This document shows positions 23,110-31,484 of a stretch of DNA of 31,484 nt, one piece after another. Within the stretch, counting starts at the first letter, position 1. Each line of letters opens with the position of its first letter. The position numbers were made by a program, and so were the translations under genes. The notes under the pieces are model-generated. The model was not told the DNA's origin and made no database searches. It saw nothing but the letters and a program-made list of their open reading frames with translations. The DNA comes from Geosiphon pyriformis uo1 (lineage: Eukaryota; Fungi; Glomeromycota). Location: contig JAAOMT010000326.1 of the NCBI GenBank assembly GCA_016748015.1, positions 1 to 31,484 on the forward strand, in the 5' to 3' direction.

Positions 23110-23127
23110 TTCTGTGGGAGAGCACCA
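23110..23127 (-). other. Primer binding site, copy B (TGGTGCTCTCCCACAGAA)
   Basis: 18-nt TGG-initiated tract 2 nt after the 5' LTR; complementary to a tRNA ending ...GGAGAGCACCA. Confidence 0.85.
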
Positions 23128-23713
23128 AATGTTACCAGAGGTTTTTGGTCTCTTTTCTGTAATGTTGTTGATACTTGTTTGCTGTGAATTCACGTTTTCT
23201 GGATGTGATTGAACCTCCAGTAACTGAATTTTAACTTCAAATTATCTTCTATAATTTGAACTTGCTGGACTTATAAGTGAAATGGCCAATTCCATGCCAG
23301 TTACTTTATGTAGTTACGTTGTAGTAAACATTAACTCTTTCCCAGGAATTGCTCGTCTGGAAGCTCACTAAAAATATGTGTAGTTACTTTGCTGTGAAAG
23401 TCAACTCTTCTACAGAAATCTCATCTGTAGGCTACCTTAATGATTGTAATAAGAAAATAAAAATAAAAATAAAAGAAATAGAATTTTATCAAGAGAAACA
23501 TTTTCGATCCAGGCCTGGAGTCACTAACCGTTTATTGAAATTGGTAGCTAATCAATTTCAAAACGTTAGTTGAGTTTTGGGAATTTTCCAAGTGTAATAC
23601 TTAAAGAATTTGGTTTTTCGAATTATTTGATATTTATTTCTTTTGTGTATATAGGAATAGTTCTAAGTAATAAATCTAAAGTAAGATACATTTTCTCGAA
23701 AAGAAAAGCTCTT

Positions 23714-23721
23714 CTTTTATA
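23714..23721 (-). promoter_or_regulatory. Putative LTR TATA box (TATAAAAG); AATAAA ~75 nt downstream at 23633-23638
   Basis: Retained in all three B-family LTR copies, in the element's sense orientation, downstream of the U3 repeat array. Confidence 0.55.
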
Positions 23722-23770
23722 CAACTTGTCATAACACTATTCTATGAACTTAAACTTTGCTATTTTCTAC

Positions 23771-23884
23771 AATTTTGCTGAACTAAAGATACATTTCGGT
23801 AAATTACAAATTATTTCTGCAAACTATTAGATATTTTGATGAACTATCAATTATTTCAGCGAATTTCTACAAATTTTGGCAAAC
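23771..23884. repeat. Six-unit, ~20-bp-period array in LTR U3 (core ATTTCGGCGAAY)
   Basis: Cores start near 23772, 23793, 23813, 23833, 23853 and 23873; also at ~14929-15041 and 1-30. Confidence 0.75.
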
Positions 23885-24103
23885 TTTTGAATGTTACATA
23901 GTTCGGGGTATTGCATGATTTGATCATTGCAATTAGGTTACATTTGTGTTGTGTACAAATTGGATTATTAATCAAATGATAATTTCGAACATTTTGCTAA
24001 TGTAATAAGTGATAATTTGAAATGATAATATGCTAATTAATGATAGGATTTATAAGATAATTTCATGCTAAATAATATCTCTAATTTCATCTGGTAACAC
24101 CAT

Positions 24104-25241
24104 GAACACACCTAAAGAAAAAATTGTTACTGCAATAGCTAAGTTTGATAAAATTAAGTTAATCAAAATTTAATTAATTGGTATGTAATAAAAGACTATG
24201 GTAAAATTTACTAAATTTGATCAGCTGAACAGTTGGTTTCTAAATAGTCATTCTTAATTGAAAAAAATTCAGTGCATGTAGCCATGGTTATAAATAATTA
24301 TAATACTTAGATATCTAAGAATCAATTTAAGACACTACTATTATTTTGCCAGTGAGAACAACTGTTTATGATTTGGGTGTTCTTTTGAAAAGAGGAAATG
24401 AAAAAACATGTATCATAAATTGATTATTGAATTCTGGCAATAGGATTTACTGTGCTGTAGTTGGTTTTAAGTCTAAAAATAGAATAGAATCTGTATATTG
24501 CATTAAGCTGATATTTGGTGAAGTTAAACTCTCTTGGGCAAGATTAGATCTGGTTTGGTGTAATAAGTGTGAGAAGTTAAGTCATTCTGCATTAGAGTGT
24601 AATACAGCAAGTATGGCTGCCCCTTTGGCTGCAAAGTCATTTAAGAAGTCTATTTCTGAGGTGAATTGTCTTTATTTGACCAAGTTGTACACTAAAAAGA
24701 GTGTTTCTATTTTTCATCCTGCTGTCTTTGGTGGCAAATCTTAGGCCCAAGTGGTTTCCTTTGCTGTCTATTTGGGAAATAGTTCCCATTTGGATTTTGG
24801 TTCTGGTTTTTTGAATGTCAAGAAACATTTGTTGGTTGTTCAGAATATTCTTCTGTAGTTGACTACTTAGCTTCTTTGGAATAATCTTTGGAACTCTTGG
24901 TTAACCAAGTATCAAGTATAGTGTGCAAGTTAAATAATATAAAGCTGGTGCTCTTGATATCTGTCTCCAATTTTATTGTCTCAATTATTCTTATTCCAAC
25001 ACTATTAGTACCAGATCTGGATATGATTTTGGATGATATGTTGATAATTCTTATTTTTTCGCTTTCAGTTGTTAACAGTGTCACTTCTGGTCTTGGTTCA
25101 AGTAGTTCAAAGATTCTTACCACTAAGGTGGATGGTCTGAAATAAAAAATGGTTGTTTTGGAAGTGTTAGTCAACTCAGTTTTGAAGAAGTTAGATCATC
25201 TGTGCTCTAATTTGGGTTCTTCAGCTCTCCTTTTATCTTAA
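24104..25241 (+). pseudogene. LINE ORF1, 3' part (RRM-like regions and CCHC knuckle)
   Basis: NTPKEKIVTAIAKFDKIKLIK; RIYCAVVGF; CNKCEKLSHSALEC (CX2CX4HX4C) at 24559-24600; ends ...LLS*. Confidence 0.8.
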
Positions 25242-28200
25242 TGACAGATTTGGTTTGGAGGTTTGCTACATATAATATTAGGAGCATTAATGTTCCTGCA
25301 AAACTGGATGACATTGTTCATTGGCATAAAAATTTGAGTAACTTGGTTTCTATTGTTACTAAGACTAAATTAAGGTCTAACATTAGGCCATGAATTATGA
25401 ATAAGTTTAATGAAGTTTGGATTTTTACTTCTGAGCTGGATGTAAGATTTTTTAGTGTTGAGATTGCCATTATTATGAACAGTTCTTTAGCTTATTATGT
25501 ATCTAATATGAAAAAGATTTCTGGTCAGCTGATTTCTGTGTGTCTTTGTTTAAGAACAAACTTTCAGTTATAATCTTGGAGTTGTATACTGGTGCTTTTA
25601 TTGATGTATGTTTTAACCAAGCTTTTGATATCAATTTTTTGATCTCTAAAGTGGTTAATTCAAGTTTTTTTACAGTTTTGAATGGTGACTTCAATGAAAA
25701 TAAAGCCAAGAGAAATGCAAGTTTCAAGTTTTGTGTGGATCTGGGCTTGGTTAATATTTTTAATAAATATTCTTTTACTAAAGCTTCTACTTGAAGCAAT
25801 TTCAGAGGTGTAAAAAGGGTAATAGATTTTATTTTTGTGAGTGAAAATCTGGCTTCTGCTGTCACATCACATAGAGTCAATGACATATCTAAATTTTTTA
25901 ATATAGATCATAAGTCAGTTTCAATTTCAATTAATTTGGGTGGACTTTTGAACACTTGTCTTATCAGCACTCATAAGCAGACCAACTGTAATCAGTGAAA
26001 GTTTAAATTGAAGAATACTAATGAGACTTAATGGTTGTATTTTAAGAAGTGTTTTTCTGCTGAATTGTTAGTTAGATCCACCACTTTTGAAAATACAAAA
26101 GACAATGATGACTTGGATATAATATAGAAAGTGTTAGAAAAAGCCATAATACAAGCTACTACTAAGATGTTTTCTAAGAGTTGGTATAGTAAATATGATT
26201 GTTCAAGGAACAAACAATCTTCAAAATTCTATAAATTGGAGCTGCTTATTGCTAAGATTGTGAGATGTTAGAATTCAGGAGATTTTCTGAATTTTGACTG
26301 TCTAGTTAAAATTTGGTCAGCTATTGATATGGTTGAGACATCCAAGATTACTAGTATGGTTCTAGATAGTAAAAGTTCAGTAAAACTGCTTAGGCATTTG
26401 TCAGTAGTAAGGAAAGAGTATTGAAGATCTAAGTTTTATAAGTCAAAAACTGCTGAAAACACAGCTATTAGGAAGGCAATTAACTATTATATGGAAAAGT
26501 TTTGTTCTGACAAAGAGCATATAATCAAAAGCATTTTGAAATACCCATTTTGCAAGGTTGTTTTGGATTACTTGGTAGTAGATGATGCAATAGTGATTAA
26601 GCCTGATGAAGTAAAGCTTAAAGTTAATGAGATCATAGAAAGATGAAAAAAAAATAGTCAGTGCTTTTGAAGATGCCCAATCTTTGGTCTTATTAATATA
26701 TGTCTTTAGATTATGTGAATAATAATGCTTTCTCTGGTGTAATGAAGGTGATTAACATGGGAGAATTGTCTTTGGTTGTTAACAATTTGCCAAATAACAA
26801 AGCTGCTGAATTGTTAGGAATACCTAATAAACTTTGAAAACACTATAATAAAAAGATGTTGGTTTGTCTTTTAACATTATTGAATATATGTTTGGCTTTG
26901 AGTGCAGTTCCAATTTTCTGGAAAAGAGTATGGGTTTCAATGATCCCAAAATTTTATGAATGGAATGGCATATTAATGAACACTAAGCCTATTGTATTAA
27001 TTAAGACTGCTCAGAAAATCTTGTCCAAGATTTTTTCCGACCAAATATTTTCAACTTATAGCAAATTTAATGTTCTTTATGGTAATAATTTTTTAGTGCT
27101 GAAGGGTACTTCAACTCAATTTTTTATTTTTGCCATTGGTCAATTGTTGAAGATGCTTTAGAGAAAAATAAAGAGTTCTGGCTAGTATTATAGAACATAC
27201 ACAAAGCTTATGATTTGATAGACTGGTATTATCTAAAGATTAGCCTGTATTACATCAAAATATACAATCAGTTTATTGGGTTTTTTGGTAACATTTATGA
27301 GAATAGAATTAATAGAGTGATAATAAATTTTGGGCTTTCAAACAGTTACAAAGTACATGATGGTTTAGATCAAAGTGAAGTCTTTTCTTCACTTCTATAG
27401 AGGATCTTTTATGATCCACTTTTGTGTAAGATAAAAAAACATAAACACTTATATAGATATAGAATTAATACTAGGTTTATGGTAAAGTCTGGTAAGGTTA
27501 AAACAGTTGAAGAAAAAACTTTTTTTTTGGCAGCTGGTGCCTTTGTTAATAATACAATTTGGATTGGAAGTTGTCAAACTTCCACACAGCATATTTTGAA
27601 TAATGCTAATAGATTTTTTGAAGTCAATAATATTTTAATTAATAATGATAAAATGGTAGCTATTCTGATCAATTAAAGCATCAAGTTTGCTTTACTGTTA
27701 ATTAATGGTCTGCCAATTTCAATTGCTAAAAGGGATAAGGCACACAGATACTTGGGCATTTTTTTATCCACTGAGGGTCTCTCTAAGCCTAATTTGGCTC
27801 AGGCTCATATGAATGTAAGATTTTTTTCTAATGTTGTATTAAGAAAAACTATCATAGATAAACAATTTTCTTACTTGGTTTCAGCTATTTTGTAGCCAAT
27901 TTTTAGCTATAGAATGCAGTTTAATTTTGTCTCTGTGGTTGTATGCCACAAGTGGAATGTAATAATCAGAAAAAGTTTTAAAGCCAAGACTGGTTTACTG
28001 TGTAATTTTTTAGTGAGGTTTTGCATCATCCATTTTTGTATGATTTAAAATTTTTTGAGCAAGTACAGGCTAAAGAGAAGCTGGCCACACTGATTTTTTT
28101 CTCCAATGCTTATGGCATTATTGGACATTTGTTTAAACATAAGTTTTTAGATATGCAGGTTTTGAAGTGATCTTCTTTGGACTTTTTACAATATTTTGTT

Positions 28201-29916
28201 AGGTTGTAAGTTAGTCCAGTAAATAATTTTTTGGCTGGTGTGATAAAATTTTTTTGAAAAATAAGCTTTTTTTGGCAAACAATCTGCCCAATGCTTTTCA
28301 TAGATCCAGCAAGTTTCTAATATCTAGAATCTTGGGGTATTCCTTATATTATAATTCTGTTTTTTTTTGAAATAATTTAGTATTGCCTTTAATGATAGGC
28401 TTCTGGACAAAAGAGGAAAGGTAATAAACTAGAAAATGTTTTAGTAGTGAAAAAAGTTAGATCTGAGAGGCTCTGTATCTTACTGGTTTATTCTAGCTAC
28501 TGAGTTTATAAACAAGCAAGTTTTTTTGAAGGCTAACTTTACTATACTCCTGAATTACCAGTGCTGAATGTTTTAGAATCTGAGGCATTTTTTAATGTCC
28601 ATGGTAAACTGATGAAGGTTTGGTCTAATTGTATTGAGATCTACACAGATAAGTCCTTAAAGAGTGCTAGTTTTGCTAAGATGGCAAGTGATGTGACTGC
28701 TTATTTTCTGGCCACAAACATGGGTATTGGGGTTAGAGTGCTTGGGCTTTTGTTTTCTATTTTGGCTGAATTGCAAGCAATTGTTTTGGCCTTAGAATAT
28801 ATTCTGTTTTTTTGTGTTATAGTTCTGTATTTGGACAGCCAATTTGCAATTGATACTTGTATAGCAGAGTTTTTTTTGTTATGCTTAATTTTTGCAATCA
28901 TTGCTAGATTAAGAGATTGTATATTGTCAATCTTATCAAGAATAAAAACATTTTGGTTAAGTAGGTAAAAGTTAAAAGACATTCTAAGGTTCTGGACAAT
29001 ATTAAGACTAATAAATTAGTAAGTAAGACTGCTTTTTTTTCACTTTTTTTACCAGTTGAGATTCGGGAATAGATTCTGGTGGCTAAAATACTGCTGTATT
29101 TAGTAACACTTGTCATTTTGTTTGTAATCTGTACCAATTAATTTGCTGTGCTTAATAAAAGGCTGGTTCTGGCTATAGTGTTGTTTAAAATGTCATGATT
29201 AGGAGAATAGATTGGAATATTATTGTGAAAGTTTGGCATTTTGATTTACATATGCTCTCTGAATTTACTAGTAAGAGCTTGGCTAGTATACACACTTACC
29301 TAATGAAAGCAATACATAAGCAATTGTTGGTAGCAGTTAGGAAGAGATTATATAACAAAGATTATCCTAAGGTGCTGTGCTTGCTGTGTGGTGAGGTAGA
29401 GATATCTGATCATGTTTTTACTTGTTTTAGTAATATTGAATTCCATAAAGACATTTTGAATAAAGCTGCTAAGAAATAGGTATTGTTAACTGGTTTTTCC
29501 TGTTTATTAAATGTTTTATGTTTACTTTCAATATGCTTTTCTGACATAGGCTTATACTCTGCTATATGCAAGAGTTTCATATTAAAAAATTGGTTTGCTG
29601 AAGCCATCCAAATATTTGAGGAAAAAAAAAGACTGCTTTGGTTTTTATTAAATATGTTAAGTTTGTAATTAAATTACATTATTCTAAGATATAACTTACT
29701 AGATCCAAACATAGAGTAGATATAAAGAAAGCTGGTTTAATCAAGAATAATGGCATGGTTTCAGAATTGTCTCAATGTTTAGTATTAATATTGTCAGATG
29801 AAATGATTCACATGCTTGGTGTTTTGGAATTTTTTGTTGTCAATTTTGATAAACACAGATTGTGTCATTTTTTTTCTGGTTTAAGTGATGATGTGTATGT
29901 TTGCATAAATGTGTAG
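25241..29916 (+). pseudogene. LINE ORF2: APE endonuclease, RT, RNase H, C-terminal zinc finger
   Basis: FATYNIRSIN, LNGDFNE, IDFIFVS, IDHKSV (APE); NIHKAYD, GLDQSEVFSSLL, AFVNNT (decayed FVDD), YLGIF (RT); IYTDKS, AELQAI, YLDSQ (RNase H); CLLCGEVEISDHVFTC. Confidence 0.9.
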
Positions 29917-30164
29917 TGTAGTTTTGTCTGGTTCGAATGACTGGTCATATGTAGAAAGTGCATGAACTGTATTTAGTCTGTTCTACTTAGTTTGGTTCTA
30001 TGTACTAAATAGCAATTAGGCTTTACTTATTAAATTATGTAATAAAAAATAGTAATTATAAAAATAAAAACATAAAAAATTATAATTAAAATTCTTTAAA
30101 ATATTCTTTATATTTTTTAAATAAACTGGTATTTTTAGTATTGCTTTAAAATAAAAACCAAAAT

Positions 30165-31484
30165 TTTTTTATTATTATTAAATATTTAATAAATAAAGTC
30201 TAATTGCTATTTAATATATAGAATTAAATTAAGTGACTTAAACAAAATACAATTCACACTTTTACTACATATAATTAGCCACTTAGATCAAATAAGACAA
30301 CATTAAATGTCTATATAAATATATATATTTTTATCTAAACCAAAAAAAAACACTGTTTATATCTACTAAAACTAACTGCAAATGACTCTATTATACTAAG
30401 CAGCTAAACTATTTTATCTAATAACATAAATATTAAACAACAAGACAAACTTAAAACTATGTTACTATCTTTGACCAATCCAGCTTTTTTTATGTCCATT
30501 TTATGTTTTGATTTCATAAATTATATCTTAGTTTAATGCAATTCTACCAAATTTTTTATATATTTAACAAAAGCAAAAGTTATTTTTACTCTTTCATTAA
30601 AAACTATAGCAGTTTTAGCATAATAATCTTTTAGCACAAATTTTTTGCAAATTGCCATATACAAATTTACATCTAATAAACATTAAGAAAATATTTATAG
30701 AACAGCAAAAAAAGATGAAAAATAAGTACTTATCAATAATATTTATTTTTTAAAAGCTTTTAACAAAATATTTTCTTAAATACTATTATCTTTAGTACAA
30801 TCAAAAACATGCTCAGATAATTCTACTTTACTACATAACAAACACAGTACACCAGAATATATTTTATTATACAATTTTTTCTAACTGCTATTAGTAATTA
30901 CTTGTACATAGCTTTTATTAAGTACATATGCTTATTTGCAGACTTTTTACTAGTAAACTCAGAAAACATATGTGAATTAAGATGTTAAATTTTTGTGGTA
31001 GTTAGCCAATTTACTTTCTTAATTAATGCATTTAGAATTATATTATATTCAGAACTGGTCTTTTATTAAATACAACAAATATATATGTATAAATTACAAA
31101 CAAAATAGCAAGTATTGCCAAACAGAACTATATTTTCAGCCATTATAAAATGTTTTTAAATCCCAATTGACAGAAAAAAAAGAAAGTAAGCAGTTTTATC
31201 TACTATTATATTAGCTTAAATATTGCTTAGAATATTTAAATAACTTTAATTTTTATCCATATAACAAAAAAATTTTCATTTCTAATCAAATTAGCAATAT
31301 GTTTTCTCTCTATTTAACACTGATTATAAAAGTCTGGTATAGCAAATAAAACTTTAAAAACACACACATCAATAATAAATTGGCTATCCAAATATAAAAT
31401 TACTGTATAAAAAAATAGAATACACTTTAAGAATAGTACAATAATCTGTAACTTGGCTATTGTAAAGAACAAAATCTTATGTAT
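30165..31484 (-). mobile_element. Second, more decayed LINE of the same family (3' end; continues beyond window)
   Basis: 30186-30230 is the reverse complement of the 29990-30033 3' UTR. The minus strand reads YSGVLCLLCSKVELSEHVF (~30805-30862) and ILYLDSQF (~31378-31400). Confidence 0.82.

Larger units (their letters stand above)
14287..24099 (-). mobile_element. Full-length Ty3/Gypsy LTR retrotransposon copy B (9813 bp, dUTPase-bearing, decayed)
   Basis: Two 970-bp LTRs with TG...CA ends, CCAT TSD (14283-14286 and 24100-24103), PBS, PPT, and gag-PR-DUT-RT-RH-IN. Confidence 0.97.
23130..24099 (-). repeat. 5' LTR of copy B (970 bp)
   Basis: TGTTACCAG...CTGGTAACA, a perfect 9-bp terminal inverted repeat. 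Confidence 0.96.
13440..30050 (+). mobile_element. Non-LTR retrotransposon (LINE; APE-RT-RNaseH-CCHC), near full length, decayed, interrupted by Gypsy B; ends approximate
   Basis: Removing 14287-24099 and one CCAT restores ORF1 (..IKEIP-MNTPKEKIVTAI..). ORF2 motifs run in order; the 3' end has AATAAA and an A-rich tract near 30041. Confidence 0.9.

Noticed and set aside
23349-23573. 74-aa antisense ORF within the LTR
   Set aside because: TTG start, no motifs, and length differences in the A-rich tract of the 12476 LTR copy.
23771-23884. CRISPR-like repeat-spacer array
   Set aside because: 12-bp cores and 8-bp spacers are far too short, it lies in a eukaryotic LTR, and there are no cas genes.
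24637-29607. Minus-strand ORFs over the LINE
   Set aside because: Antisense shadows of decayed ORF1/ORF2 with no independent motifs.

Overview
This is AT-rich eukaryotic repeat DNA made almost entirely of nested, decayed mobile elements, with no intact host gene. A fungal origin is likely; Glomeromycotina is an impression only. From left to right: (1) Ty3/Gypsy LTR retrotransposon copy A (<1-7837, minus strand), inserted into (2) a decayed P-loop NTPase + PD-(D/E)xK nuclease gene of the Crinkler CR-NTPase/REase type (7838-~9790). (3) A Cys/His-rich, probable DNA-transposase remnant (~10082-10990). (4) A plus-strand LINE (ORF1 with RRM-like and CCHC domains; ORF2 APE-RT-RNaseH-CCHC) split by (5) full-length Gypsy copy B (14287-24099, two 970-bp LTRs, CCAT target-site duplication, PBS, PPT). 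The LINE-5'/LTR junction is present twice around an N gap. (6) A second, inverted LINE 3' end (30165->31484). The best candidate for an undescribed system is the architecture shared by the two diverged Gypsy copies: one long reading frame (N-terminal extension, Gag, CCHC, Q/N/P/Y-rich linker, protease, ~200-aa Cys-rich domain, dUTPase, RT, RNase H) that stops at the same codon after RNase H in both copies, then integrase as an apparently separate ORF, then a conserved ~240-codon non-Env third ORF running through the PPT into the 3' LTR. The LTR carries a phased 20-bp-period motif array upstream of a TATA box. Assembly artefacts are present: a Tn5/Nextera mosaic-end adapter at 720-738 and three N gaps. 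All alignments were done by eye and domain boundaries are approximate.
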